Below are positions 9,375-20,300 of a DNA stretch of 64,000 nucleotides, one piece after another; position 1 is the stretch's first letter, and each line of letters begins with the position of its first letter. The stretch is from Escherichia phage VTCCBPA_322. The stretch is from the sequence record PP989839.1. The stretch is one strand, 5' to 3'. A model generated the notes under the pieces. It searched no databases. It was not told the origin of the DNA and was given only the letters and a program-made list of their open reading frames with translations. The position numbers and the translations under genes were made by a program.

Positions 9375-10577
9375 ATGTTAAACTATAACGCTCCAATTGA
9401 CGGTCAGAAATCTAGCATTGATGGTGCTGGTTCCGACCAGATGAATACCTTTTACTGGCTGAAGAAAGCTATTATTCAGTCTCGTAAAGACCAGTACTTC
9501 ATGCCACTGGCTAACACCATTAACATGCCGAAGAACTACGGTAAGACTGTTAAGGTGTATGAGTACGTTCCTCTGCTCGATGACAAGAACATTAACGATC
9601 AGGGTATTGATGCTAACGGTGCTACCATTGTTAACGGTAACCTGTATGGTTCTTCTAAAGACGTAGGTAACATCACCTCTAAACTGCCTCTTCTGACAGA
9701 GAACGGTGGTCGTGTTAACCGTGTAGGATTTACTCGTCTGTCCCGTGAAGGCTCCATCCATAAATTTGGTTTCTTCTACGAATTTACCCAAGAGTCCCTG
9801 GACTTTGATTCTGATGACCAGCTGAAAGAACACCTGTCTCGTGAACTGATGAACGGTGCTGTACAGCTGACCGAAGCTGTTCTCCAGAAAGACTTGTTGG
9901 CTGCTGCTGGTACTGTACTGTATGCAGGTGCTGCTACCTCCGATGCTACCATCACTGGTGAAGGTTCTACTCCGTCTGTAGTTTCTTATAAGAACCTGAT
10001 GCGTCTTGACCAGATTCTTACTGAGAACCGTACTCCGACTCAGACCACTATTATCACTGGTTCTAAACTGACTGATACCAAAGTATTGGGTGGTACTCGT
10101 GTAATGTACGTTGGTTCTGAACTGGTTCCAGAACTGAAAGCGATGAAAGACCTGTTCGGTAATAAAGCATTCATCGAAATTCAGCACTATGCTGATGCTG
10201 GTACACTGATGAATGGTGAAATCGGTTGTATTGATAAGTTCCGTATTATCCAGGTTCCTGAGATGCTGCATTGGGCAGGTGCTGGTGCTCAAGTTTCTTC
10301 TAACCCGGGTTACCGTACTTCTATGGTATCAGGTCAGGAACACTATGATGTGTTCCCGATGCTGGTAGTTGGTGATGACTCCTTCTCTACCATTGGATTC
10401 CAGACTGATGGTAAGTCTGTTAAGTTCTCCATCATGACTAAGATGCCTGGTAAAGAAACTGCTGACCGTAATGATCCGTATGGCGAGACTGGCTTCAGTT
10501 CTATCAAGTGGTACTACGGTATCCTGGTTAAACGTCCAGAACGTCTGGCTCTGATTAAGACTGTTGCTCCTCTGTAA
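9375..10577 (+). CDS. major capsid protein (N4 gp56-like)
   Basis: ATG with AGGAA RBS; 400 aa; optimal-looking codon usage (ctg/cgt/ggt-rich); follows scaffold-like gene; followed by hairpin terminator. Confidence 0.65.
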   Translation: MLNYNAPIDGQKSSIDGAGSDQMNTFYWLKKAIIQSRKDQYFMPLANTINMPKNYGKTVKVYEYVPLLDDKNINDQGIDANGATIVNGNLYGSSKDVGNITSKLPLLTENGGRVNRVGFTRLSREGSIHKFGFFYEFTQESLDFDSDDQLKEHLSRELMNGAVQLTEAVLQKDLLAAAGTVLYAGAATSDATITGEGSTPSVVSYKNLMRLDQILTENRTPTQTTIITGSKLTDTKVLGGTRVMYVGSELVPELKAMKDLFGNKAFIEIQHYADAGTLMNGEIGCIDKFRIIQVPEMLHWAGAGAQVSSNPGYRTSMVSGQEHYDVFPMLVVGDDSFSTIGFQTDGKSVKFSIMTKMPGKETADRNDPYGETGFSSIKWYYGILVKRPERLALIKTVAPL

Positions 10578-10594
10578 TAGTCCGAAATAAAACA

Positions 10595-10620
10595 AGGGGG
10601 ACATTAGTCCCCCTCTTAAT
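10595..10620 (+). terminator. hairpin terminator after capsid gene
   Basis: AGGGGGAC-ATTA-GTCCCCCT 8-bp stem followed by CTT; weak T-run. Confidence 0.4.
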
Positions 10621-10644
10621 AAAACTGAATGAACCACAGGAAAT

Positions 10645-11286
10645 ATGAACATGAGCATTAACGATAAACCGACCACTGACGTAGAAGTGAACGTACAGGG
10701 CAACGAAGATACCGTTAACGATATTGCAATGCCTAGCGAACTTGAAGTTCTTAAGCAACGTGCAACGTTGATGAATATCAAGTTCTCTAACAACATCTCC
10801 GTTGAAAAACTTCGTGAGAAAATTGAAGCAGCACAAGTAAAAGATGAACCAGTAGTAGAAGAAGCTGCTGTTAATCCTCTGGGTGAAAAACAGGAAGCTG
10901 GCGTTAAGAAGATGACTCTGGGTCAGAAGATTCGTGCAGAACAGACTCGACTGATTCGTGTACGTATCCAGAACCTTGACCCTAAGAAGAAAGACCTGCC
11001 TGGTGAGATTATCACCGTAGCTAACGAATATATGGGTACTGTACGTAAGTTTGTTCCATTCGGTGAAGTAACTGACAATGGTTATCACATTCCGTACTGT
11101 ATCTACGAGTTCCTTAAAGAGCGTAAGTTCATCAACATTACAACCCGTAAGGGTAAGAATGGCTTACCGGATATTCGTGCAACTGAAGCACGAGAGTTCT
11201 CCATTGAGGTACTGCCTCCGTTGACTGAAGCAGAATTGGCTCAACTGGCTCAGGCACAGATTGCTGCTGGTAGCCTGAACGATTAA
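10645..11286 (+). CDS. hypothetical virion protein
   Basis: ATG with AGGAAA RBS; 213 aa; followed by terminator. Confidence 0.5.
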   Translation: MNMSINDKPTTDVEVNVQGNEDTVNDIAMPSELEVLKQRATLMNIKFSNNISVEKLREKIEAAQVKDEPVVEEAAVNPLGEKQEAGVKKMTLGQKIRAEQTRLIRVRIQNLDPKKKDLPGEIITVANEYMGTVRKFVPFGEVTDNGYHIPYCIYEFLKERKFINITTRKGKNGLPDIRATEAREFSIEVLPPLTEAELAQLAQAQIAAGSLND

Positions 11287-11305
11287 CGTATAAGCTACAG
11301 TTCAA

Positions 11306-11345
11306 CACGGCTCACTGGGGTAACTCCGTGGGCCGTTTCTTTTTG
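11306..11345 (+). terminator. intrinsic terminator
   Basis: ACGGC...GCCGT stem enclosing CACGG/CCGTG followed by TTTCTTTTTG. Confidence 0.5.
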
Positions 11346-11362
11346 AACCAAGAGGAATGATT

Positions 11363-12199
11363 ATGTCTTGTTCTGCTGAGGTAGAAGCTAACCGACTCCT
11401 AGAAGAGTTAACTAAGGGTGACGACTTTACCCTTCCTGATATTGATATGTCCGGTCCTGAATGGGATATCCCTGGTGGAGATGATTCTCCAATCTTTGGT
11501 GCTATTGATAAAATATCCAACGAATCTCTTACTACCCGAGAAGTGGGTGGTAGTGGTACGTTTGATGCATTAATGGAATCTGCTCACAATCACCTTAAAG
11601 CTGAGTTTAAAGCTAACCGTATTACCGGTGGTGAATATACCAAAGCATACATTGCTATGATGGAATCTTGCATGAGCAATGCTGTTCAGTTCTTACTTGG
11701 TCGTGACCAGGCATACTGGGCTGCTGCTATGGCACAGATTCAGGCAGTTACTGCTCGTGTTCAACTGGCAACTTCTAAAGCACAGTTTGTACTGGCTAAG
11801 ATTCAGGCACTGTCTGCTAAGAGTGAATATGCTCTTACTAAGATGAAGATTGCTACTGAGTCTGAAACGTACTGTGCTGCACTGTTTAATGCTAACCAGA
11901 TGCTACCTCAACAGCTTAAATTGCTTACTGAGCAGACTGAAGCACAACGTGCACAGACACTGGATACTCGTACCGATGGTGCAGTAGTTAAGGGTTCTGT
12001 AGGTAAACAGAAAGAGTTGTACTCTCAACAGATTACCTCTTACCAACGTGATGCAGAAGTTAAAGCATCTAAGCTGTTTACTGATGCATGGATTACACAG
12101 AAGACTATTGATGAAGGCTTGAACCCACCGAATGGTTTCACTAATGCAAGTATTGATACCATTCTGACCAAGCTGAAGTCTAACAACGGGCTGAACTAA
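11363..12199 (+). CDS. hypothetical structural protein
   Basis: ATG at 11363 has AGAGGA RBS at 7-nt spacing (track start 11357 is too close to RBS); coiled-coil-like Ala/Gln-rich sequence. Confidence 0.5.
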   Translation: MSCSAEVEANRLLEELTKGDDFTLPDIDMSGPEWDIPGGDDSPIFGAIDKISNESLTTREVGGSGTFDALMESAHNHLKAEFKANRITGGEYTKAYIAMMESCMSNAVQFLLGRDQAYWAAAMAQIQAVTARVQLATSKAQFVLAKIQALSAKSEYALTKMKIATESETYCAALFNANQMLPQQLKLLTEQTEAQRAQTLDTRTDGAVVKGSVGKQKELYSQQITSYQRDAEVKASKLFTDAWITQKTIDEGLNPPNGFTNASIDTILTKLKSNNGLN

Positions 12200-12200
12200 T

Positions 12201-14855
12201 ATGGGCTTATTCAGTGGGAAGACTAAAGTATACGTAGCATCCTCTGTCTATAACATGGCAGGGGATATACACAAACGTCCTAACTATATGAAGACTGTAG
12301 TTATCGGTAATATTGTTTCCAATACAGGATTCACTATGGCAGATACTATCTCTGATAGTTATCTGAATGGGCCAGGCATTCGTATGCGACTGTTCTCCAG
12401 CTGGAGTAAGAACCACTATGATTCAGTAGTTGGTATGGCTGGTTCTTCATTAGGTGTATTGGCTAAGATTGACCCTACTGTTATAGAAGGGCAAATTACA
12501 CCACCTGCTGGAGAGTCAGTCTATGTTCAGGCAGCAGAGATAGGCTTTGCTGACTTTGAGCAATGGTGTGACCAGTATCTTTATGAAAATGCTCCAAGTC
12601 GAATCATGGAACGATTCGACATAGACATTGACGAAGATACTAATGAAATCACTATGACCTCCTTAGATGGAGGCTCTACTATTACATTCACACCTACTAA
12701 CTTTGAACCAGGTGCTTTATATCTCTATGCTGATTACTCATTCTATAAGTCCCCTACCACCAATCCACCAGTAGTAGGACCGACTACCGTTTATGATGAT
12801 GAGGATGACTTACCATCTACTTTGTTATGGACTACTGTCTCTAGTGATACGACTGCTAACACAACCAATCTTACTAAGACTATACATACTCATTCTGTTT
12901 ACTCTGATGGTAGACCAGATGAGGACAGTACTGTTACTGAGCCAAGTGTGGATAACTGGAACTCTTACATTAAAGTTTACCGTAGAGGATTTACTGAGAA
13001 ACCTGATGATGTGACTGTAGTTGTATCTGACAGGGTAATGACTCATACAAAGTTTGGAGAGATTCAGTCCAGTACTTCTGTAACTACTAATGTAGTTGAT
13101 ATAGGTGGTGGTGTTACTCGTACAGATACAATCACTACAACCACAGAGACACTGGTTCGTAAGTATTCATCCCAGACTACTCGTACTGATACTGAGATGA
13201 CTGCTGTTGGTACACCTAAGATGCTTATCTATAAGCAGAACTCCGGTAATGTTGTACTGGATTCACTGTTTGAAACTGAGGCTACTGATAACCGATTCTA
13301 CCCATTTATTCCAATCAGGAATGATAAACAATGGGTAGAGAATGACCCAATCTACCCCCACTGTAAGAAAGCTCTTTATAAAGCTACTGGTGGGAAAATT
13401 GATAAAGTAGTCACAGAGCTTAAGAAGAATGATGACATAGGAGATATTCAGTACATCTATGGTTCATTCGGTGTATCCCTTAATACTCCTGAGGATACTG
13501 CTAAAGAATACATCTACCGTTTCTTTCAGATGGCTACTGAAGCATTTCCACCTGACCCAACTTATCCAACACTGGAGGCAGTAATTGCAGGTTATCAGGC
13601 AGCAAATGATGCAGTTGATGCATACGTGGAATGGTGGAACAGGCAGGAAGGTCAGATTGTTGGAACACCTCCTCCATTGCCAGAATACCCAGTCATACCT
13701 AAGCGAGAGTTTAGGGTACATAGTAATAAGCAGTACAAGTACGACATGACTATTGGCTGGAACTATGTATCTGAAACTACCCATTCAGGACAAGCATGGT
13801 CTGGTGCTAAGCAAGGACAACTTCGAGCCAGATATGCTGGAGATATAACGCTTACTCGTAAGAACATACGTACTGCTAGTAACTCTGGTTCAGTTAAGAA
13901 GTTGGAAGTTACTACTACATTTTACTCTATGCAGGAGTATGAGTTACTTTGGCAGGATGGTAATGACACTTACCGTAAACTTAGGGTATTAGGTCTAAAC
14001 CACAATAACAGGGTATATAAGAACAAGTCAGTGCACATTGATGTTGCCGAAGCAATGGGAGATGCAGAGGAGAGCGGATTCATTATTCCACTGCACACTA
14101 ATATCTACCGTTCAATGTCACTGGTTCGTAGTACACAGCTGTCTACTGCCTGTTCCTACTTAGTAATGAACTCATATAAGAAAGTTAAGCAGAAGTGGTA
14201 CACAACATCTGCCTTTAAGATTGTGGTTGTTGTAGTTGCTGTCGTTGTATCTGTATTTACTATGGGTGCTGGTGGTGCAGGTATTCTTGGGGCATACGGT
14301 GCAGTTGGTGCATCCCTGGGTTTTGTTGGATTAGCTGCTGTAATAGTTGGTGCTGTAGCAAACGCAATTGCTGCAATGATTCTGGTATCTATTATTACTA
14401 AAGTATCTACTTCACTGTTCGGTGATAAGCTAGGTTTTATCATTGCTGCTATTGCCTCAATGGTAGCCATGAACGTTGGTACTGCTTTGTCTACTGGTAC
14501 ATCCTTATCTTCCCTAGCCGGTGAAATGATGAATGCCCAAAACATCATGCAGCTTACCAGTTCAGTTGGCAATGGTATTAGTCAGTATATTAATGCATCC
14601 ACGGCTGCTACTATTCAGAAAGCAGAGAATATAATGCAGCAGTACAATACTGATATGATGGCAATCAATAAGCAGTATGAAGAAATGTTCGGTACTGCTG
14701 GACAGGGTGTGATTGACCCCATGCAATTCGTGTCAATGGAGTCGTTGGATTCGTTCCTATCACGTACTCTCATGAATGGTTCAGATATAGCTGACTTGTC
14801 CTTAGACATGGTTGGCAACTACTCTGATATGACTCTTAATACTGACCTTATTTAA
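12201..14855 (+). CDS. large virion protein with C-terminal Gly/Ala-rich multi-helix hydrophobic region
   Basis: 884 aa; Thr/Ser-rich central region; about 110 aa Gly/Ala/Val-rich hydrophobic stretch (VVVVVAVVVSVFTMGAGGAGILGAYGAVGASLGFVGLAAVIVGAVANAIAAMILV). Confidence 0.6.
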   Translation: MGLFSGKTKVYVASSVYNMAGDIHKRPNYMKTVVIGNIVSNTGFTMADTISDSYLNGPGIRMRLFSSWSKNHYDSVVGMAGSSLGVLAKIDPTVIEGQITPPAGESVYVQAAEIGFADFEQWCDQYLYENAPSRIMERFDIDIDEDTNEITMTSLDGGSTITFTPTNFEPGALYLYADYSFYKSPTTNPPVVGPTTVYDDEDDLPSTLLWTTVSSDTTANTTNLTKTIHTHSVYSDGRPDEDSTVTEPSVDNWNSYIKVYRRGFTEKPDDVTVVVSDRVMTHTKFGEIQSSTSVTTNVVDIGGGVTRTDTITTTTETLVRKYSSQTTRTDTEMTAVGTPKMLIYKQNSGNVVLDSLFETEATDNRFYPFIPIRNDKQWVENDPIYPHCKKALYKATGGKIDKVVTELKKNDDIGDIQYIYGSFGVSLNTPEDTAKEYIYRFFQMATEAFPPDPTYPTLEAVIAGYQAANDAVDAYVEWWNRQEGQIVGTPPPLPEYPVIPKREFRVHSNKQYKYDMTIGWNYVSETTHSGQAWSGAKQGQLRARYAGDITLTRKNIRTASNSGSVKKLEVTTTFYSMQEYELLWQDGNDTYRKLRVLGLNHNNRVYKNKSVHIDVAEAMGDAEESGFIIPLHTNIYRSMSLVRSTQLSTACSYLVMNSYKKVKQKWYTTSAFKIVVVVVAVVVSVFTMGAGGAGILGAYGAVGASLGFVGLAAVIVGAVANAIAAMILVSIITKVSTSLFGDKLGFIIAAIASMVAMNVGTALSTGTSLSSLAGEMMNAQNIMQLTSSVGNGISQYINASTAATIQKAENIMQQYNTDMMAINKQYEEMFGTAGQGVIDPMQFVSMESLDSFLSRTLMNGSDIADLSLDMVGNYSDMTLNTDLI

Positions 14856-14868
14856 CAGGAGAATCCCC

Positions 14869-15312
14869 ATGGATTTGTCATTCTTAACAGGCAACCAAAC
14901 TCCACAGCCAGCTGCTATGTCTTGGATGTCTAATAACAATCAGAACTTTAATACCCCGGCTATGAACTATGTACCTGGTGCAACTATTGGTATGGGAGCA
15001 AATACAGGAGTAGCTTCTCCTACCTCTTTCCTGTCTGGTTCAGCTAATCAGTTGGGTTTGAATGTACCCACCTTCCAACTAGGCTTAGGTGCACTTGGTT
15101 CATTAGCGAATATCTATAGTGGTTTCCAGGCTAATAAGTTAGCCAAAGACCAGTTGAACTTTACCAAGAGTGTTACTAACACTAACCTGAATAATCAGAT
15201 TAAGTCTTATAACACTGCACTGGAAGACCGTGCTCGTAGTCGTGCTACAGCAGAGAACCGTGACCAGTCTACTGCTGATGCTTATATTGCAGCTAATAAA
15301 TTAACCCGTTAA
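14869..15312 (+). CDS. hypothetical virion protein
   Basis: ATG with AGGAG RBS; 147 aa Asn/Gly-rich. Confidence 0.5.
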   Translation: MDLSFLTGNQTPQPAAMSWMSNNNQNFNTPAMNYVPGATIGMGANTGVASPTSFLSGSANQLGLNVPTFQLGLGALGSLANIYSGFQANKLAKDQLNFTKSVTNTNLNNQIKSYNTALEDRARSRATAENRDQSTADAYIAANKLTR

Positions 15313-15324
15313 TAGGAAACCATC

Positions 15325-17289
15325 ATGGCTCAAATTACATGGCGTAATGTTGATGCACCCAACTTCTCTGGGGTTGGTGACAGCATTCGCACATTTGGCA
15401 ACATGATTGGTAACGCCACCTCCGGCTTAAGTGATGCACTGGGTAATTTCCAGAACGCTGCCAAGCAGGAGGCTGGCAATGCCGTCATGATGAATGCTAT
15501 GCAGTATCAAGACCCTACTGAGTATCGCAATGCTTTAGCATCCGGTGCACTGTTTCAGGGGGTTGACCCTTCACTGGTAAACCAACGTACTCTCCAGAAT
15601 CTGGATGAGCGAGCAGGCACACTTCTGACCCAACAAGGTCAGCAGGGAACCAATGACTATAATGCTTATCGCTTTGGTCGTTTACAGGATACTAATGCTG
15701 CATTAGATAGTGCTTCCCCAGCTATTCGTTTACTGTCTGAGGCTTATCAGTCTGGTGACCAGAATCGTATTAATGCTGCATTGGGTCAGACGCGTGAAGC
15801 GTTATCTGCACTACCTGCTGACCAACAACTGGATATGTTGAGTCGTCTACAAGGACAAGGTGGTCAGGCTATCAATCAAGCACAGAACCGTTTTGATTTA
15901 GGCGTGGCTCAACGTAATGATGCAGATAGTCAGGCAGCTATGGGTGTAATGTCTCAAATTACCCGTGGTGCTGAGAACCCCAATGATGCTCGTTTGCTGG
16001 CAGAAGCATATAGTAAAAACCTGTCCCCTGTTGCACAGGCACGTTTACAGGAAATGCTCGCTCGTGCATACCCGGGTGTCTATGGCAATAATGTTGGTGC
16101 TACATCTGCTCCCGGTACTGCTGGTACTCGTCAGGGTTCCCCTTATGATGTTACTTATCAGTTTGCTGGTACATCTACTCCTATTACTCAAATGAGTATT
16201 GGTGATGTAATTAAACACCAGGATGTTATGAAGACTAATCAGGGTGCTTCCCCTGTTGGTGCATTCCAGATTAACCAAGCTACCTTGAAAGACTTTGCCC
16301 CCAAAGTTCTTGGTTCAGATTGGCAGAACCAACCTCTTTCTCCTGAGAACCAGGAGAAGATTGGTAAGGCTATTTTTGAGGCTCGTAAGAATGGTAACCT
16401 TAAAGATACCTGGGCTGCTTTACCTAACTCTACCCCTGGTGCTTATAAGGATATGACTTGGGAACAGATTAAACCTGTTATTGCCCAAGCTGAAGTAGGG
16501 GCTGACCCATTCGCTCTGATTCAGAATAATCAAGGAAATCAGGCAGTATCTACCTTGGCTCAGGGTATGATTGGTACACGTTCTATGCAGGATAACACCG
16601 GTAGTCTTAATACCGATTTCCTGGGTACTGTCACCGATAATACTCCAGTAGGTGAGATTGCTAATCGTCTACTGGATGGTGACTTTAAGGGTGCTGACCG
16701 TAACTGGGTACTTAACCGATTAACTGATATTTCTCAACGTGGGAATATGTCTCCAGCTATGGCTGCTGCTGTTATGCAACGTGCACAGACTGGTGTACCG
16801 GAAGGTTATATTAGTCGTGCTATTGATGCGGTTAACCCATTCATTACCAACGAAGCCGGTAATGGTATGCGTCTTAATGACCGTCTGGTAGATCAGTTAA
16901 TTGAGGGTGTACAACGTGGTGAACCACTGGAAGGCAGTGTGCGAAACCTTGGTCGTGCTCAAGCTATGCAGAATATTCAGGCAGCACAGACTGCTTATGA
17001 TGCTGCTGTAGCTGCACTGACAAATACCCAGAACAAGATTAACACCGGACAAACCGGTCTTACTGCATTGTTACCCGCACGTCAGGAAGCTGTTACTAAA
17101 GCTGCTGCAATGCTTCAAGCTGCACAAGCCCAAGTACAAGCAGACCCAGCTAACCTGGCTCCAAGAGGTTTTCGGTCACAGGCTAGTGTGGACAGAGCAC
17201 GAGCCAAGGAAGATGAAGAACGTGCTGCACGTTACCTACGTCAGGCACAAGGTTTGCCTGAGTATATGCAACCAAGACAAAATCGGTAA
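15325..17289 (+). CDS. virion protein (N4 gp51-like position), Gln/Ala-rich
   Basis: ATG with AGGAAA RBS; 654 aa; directly upstream of vRNAP gene; strong terminator downstream. Confidence 0.55.
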   Translation: MAQITWRNVDAPNFSGVGDSIRTFGNMIGNATSGLSDALGNFQNAAKQEAGNAVMMNAMQYQDPTEYRNALASGALFQGVDPSLVNQRTLQNLDERAGTLLTQQGQQGTNDYNAYRFGRLQDTNAALDSASPAIRLLSEAYQSGDQNRINAALGQTREALSALPADQQLDMLSRLQGQGGQAINQAQNRFDLGVAQRNDADSQAAMGVMSQITRGAENPNDARLLAEAYSKNLSPVAQARLQEMLARAYPGVYGNNVGATSAPGTAGTRQGSPYDVTYQFAGTSTPITQMSIGDVIKHQDVMKTNQGASPVGAFQINQATLKDFAPKVLGSDWQNQPLSPENQEKIGKAIFEARKNGNLKDTWAALPNSTPGAYKDMTWEQIKPVIAQAEVGADPFALIQNNQGNQAVSTLAQGMIGTRSMQDNTGSLNTDFLGTVTDNTPVGEIANRLLDGDFKGADRNWVLNRLTDISQRGNMSPAMAAAVMQRAQTGVPEGYISRAIDAVNPFITNEAGNGMRLNDRLVDQLIEGVQRGEPLEGSVRNLGRAQAMQNIQAAQTAYDAAVAALTNTQNKINTGQTGLTALLPARQEAVTKAAAMLQAAQAQVQADPANLAPRGFRSQASVDRARAKEDEERAARYLRQAQGLPEYMQPRQNR

Positions 17290-17296
17290 TACTAAT

Positions 17297-17320
17297 AAAA
17301 GCCCTTCGGGGCTTTTTTCT
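17297..17320 (+). terminator. strong intrinsic terminator
   Basis: AAAGCCC-TTCG-GGGCTTT hairpin followed by TTTTTCTT. Confidence 0.8.
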
Positions 17321-17327
17321 TACACAG

Positions 17328-17345
17328 GCTTACTGTAGAGTAAGC
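17328..17345 (+). promoter_or_regulatory. perfect inverted repeat (GCTTACT-GTAG-AGTAAGC) in leader of vRNAP gene; possible regulatory hairpin or operator
   Basis: 7-bp perfect stem with 4-nt loop between terminator and vRNAP RBS. Confidence 0.3.
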
Positions 17346-17383
17346 TTCCTATATACGATATAAGTTTGAACAGGAAACATGCT

Positions 17384-20300
17384 ATGTCAACATTTGACCG
17401 TCTGGCAGGTTTCGCAGACAGCATCACTAATGCCAAGCAAGTCGATGTCTCTACTGCAACCTCTCAGAAGCAAGCTGCACAAGGGCAAAGCCCTTTCCAA
17501 TTAACCCCAGAGAATGCTTACAATCTCCAAACTGGTCGTGTAGGTAATCTTGGAATCGGTGCATTCGAACCAGGTTCACTTCAGGCAGATTTCACTCAAG
17601 CCTCTCCATTAGAAATTCTTAATAAATACGGTAATGAGCAAGGTCTACAGATTCTTAATAGCCGAGCTAATGCTGCTGATGTTGTACGTCAGGACTTATC
17701 TAAGCAACGTACTAACGCAGAAGCATTTGGTGATACTCTTTCTGGTGTTGGTCTTGGTGTTGCTAATACCCTTGGGGGCATTGCTGCTCTTGGCACAGGT
17801 CTGGTCAATGATAATGCCGGGGCATCCATTGCTTCCGGGATGGATTGGTTGAATGAAGGTGTACACAATCTACAGTCTGATGCACTGAATGCTACCCGTA
17901 AGGTTGTTCAGAATCAGAACCTGATTTCTGCACAAAAGAACCAGAAACTTTATGAAGAAGACATTAAGAATGGGGAGAGCAGTTTGGTTGCCTCCTTGTC
18001 TCGCATTGGTCGTGACGCTTTTGATTCCGTTGCTAATACACTTGATAATGGTATGGCTGCCACCGATGGACTGAGTGAAGGTGTTGGTTCCCTCTTTACT
18101 GGTGGTCCACTTATCCGTGGTGTATCTGCACTTGGTAAAGTAATGGTAGGTGGTGATAAAGCTATTAAAGGTATTACCTTAGCTGCTGAGTTAGGTTCAC
18201 GCCCTGCACAGGTTGCATTGTCTGCTGGTCGTGTTGCTGCACCTGCTATAGCAATTGGTGGTATGGAAGCTGGTGGTGCATACCAACAGACTGCTTCTGA
18301 AATCATGAAGATGTCCCATCAAGAATTAGCAAGTAAGTCTCCTGTTTATCAACAACATATTGCTGATGGTTTATCCCCTGATGAAGCTCGTCGTCAGACT
18401 GCATCTGAAACAGGTATCGTTGCTGCTGGCTTAACTGCTCCGGTTGCTGCTGCTACTGGTCCACTGGTATCCAAATTTGAACTCAACCCCCTTAAAGTAG
18501 GTTCACTGGCTGGTGCTGGCTCTAACATGCTACGTGAGACTGTAGAAGAAGGTATCCAGTCCGGTACTAGTCAGTTTGCACAGAACAAAGCAATTCAGGG
18601 TAATGTAGATGCTAAGCGTGATTTGCTTAAAGGTGTCGGTGAACAAGCAGGTCTTGGTGCACTTTATGGCTTCGGTAGTGCTGGTGTTGCTCAGGCTCCA
18701 GGTGCAACTGTTAAAGCTGTTGGTGCTTCTGCTGGGCCTGCTTTACGTACTACTCTGGCTGGTGCTTCTCTGGTTGGTAGTGCATTAGCAAAAGCTGCCT
18801 CTCCTATTACTAACATCCTGGTTCAACGTGGGGAAGAAGTTGCTAAGCGTAATGAACAAGCATCTCCTGTATCAGACGCTACAGTTAACGCTGCTGCACA
18901 AGAAGCTACTGCTCAGGCAGAACAAGCACAAGCAACTGTACAGGAAGCAGTAGATGCAATGGATATTTCTCCTGAAGAGAAAGCTGCTGCTACTCAGTAT
19001 GCTGCTGACTTAACTCAGGCAATGAAGTTTGACCCAGTAGAGTTAGAGCAAGCTAATCCAGCAATCCGTGAAGCTGTTTCTGGTTCCACTAACCGTGTAG
19101 AAGCTATTCAGAAGATGGCTGACCTGGTTAATACTGCTGAAGACCCTAACGTTCAAATGGAAGCTGCAATCCAGATGTATGACAACATCATGTCTATGGA
19201 TAGCTTCATTAATCGTGACCCGGGTGCTTTGGCTAATCTGGAACAGGGTTCTCCTGCTGCTAATATTGTTGACCAGTTCTCCGGTCTGATGGCTAACGTA
19301 CAGAATACTCCAAAGGTACTTCGTGCATTCCGTGCCATCCATTCTATGATTCAGGAACAGGCTGAAGCAGGTAAGTTAAAAGCTACTGAAGAAGCTAATC
19401 AAGCCCAAGCAAACAACATTGCTATGGCTGCTGATATGTCTCCAGAAGTATTGGATGCAGATTCAGTGAACATGGTTCTGAAACATGCAAGTGAAGGTAA
19501 GATTACACTGGGTAATCGTCAGCGTGCTGCCTTGCAATCTGCTGCTGCTTTATTACAAGGAGCACGGGAATTTGACGCTAAAGCAGAAGAACTGGGCTTA
19601 CGTCCTCAGGACATTGTTAGTAAACAGATTAAAACCGACGAATCTCGTTCTAATGAAGGTCAGTACTCTGCGTTGCAACATGCTAAACGCATTCGTTCTG
19701 CGTACAACTCTGGTAACTTCGATTTGGCTTCCGCTTATCTCGACGACTTTATGAAGTTCGCCCAGCACATGCAGAATAAGGTCGGAGCGTTGAATGAGCA
19801 TCTGATTTCTGGGAATGCGGATAAGAATAAGTCTGTCCATTATCAGGCTCTTACTCCCTCCCGTGAATGGGTACGTAGTCGTACTGGCCTCGGTGTCAAT
19901 CCGTATGATACCAAGTCGGTTAAGTTTGCCCAGCAAGTAGGACTGGAGGCCAAAACCGTAGCTGATATTGCTAATGCACTTGCTACGGCTTACCCGGAGC
20001 TTAATGTTTCTCATGTGAAGGTTACCCCATTAGATTCACGTCTGGACAAGCCTGCTGCCCAGGTGGTTAAAGAGTTCCGTCAGGGCAATCTTGACGCTGC
20101 TCAATCCCAACAGACCAATGAACCAGTGAATCAGGTTGATAAATCTCCTGCACCTGTGCAAGAGGCCACTACTACTGTACAGCCTAAAGCTAAACTAGTG
20201 GTAGAAAATAAGACTGTTCCTGTTAAGGAGACTAGTTCAAAAGCAGAAGAAGTCTCTACTACCGAATCCGAAAGGGATGCTTATGTGAAAGAAAATACTA

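Noticed and set aside
9378-10292. 304-aa minus-strand ORF antisense to the major capsid gene
   Set aside because: Overlaps a plus-strand gene that has a strong RBS and coherent context; product is low-complexity and Thr/Ser/Val-rich, typical of antisense reading of a highly expressed gene; no RBS
10329-11088. Minus-strand ORFs (155 and 177 aa) spanning the capsid-gene 3' end and next gene
   Set aside because: Run through terminator 10595-10620 and intergenic region; antisense to better-supported plus-strand genes
14156-14572. 138-aa minus-strand ORF inside 12201-14855
   Set aside because: Antisense to the hydrophobic Gly/Ala-rich region; reading the complement of GC-rich Gly/Ala codons gives a long open frame by composition alone
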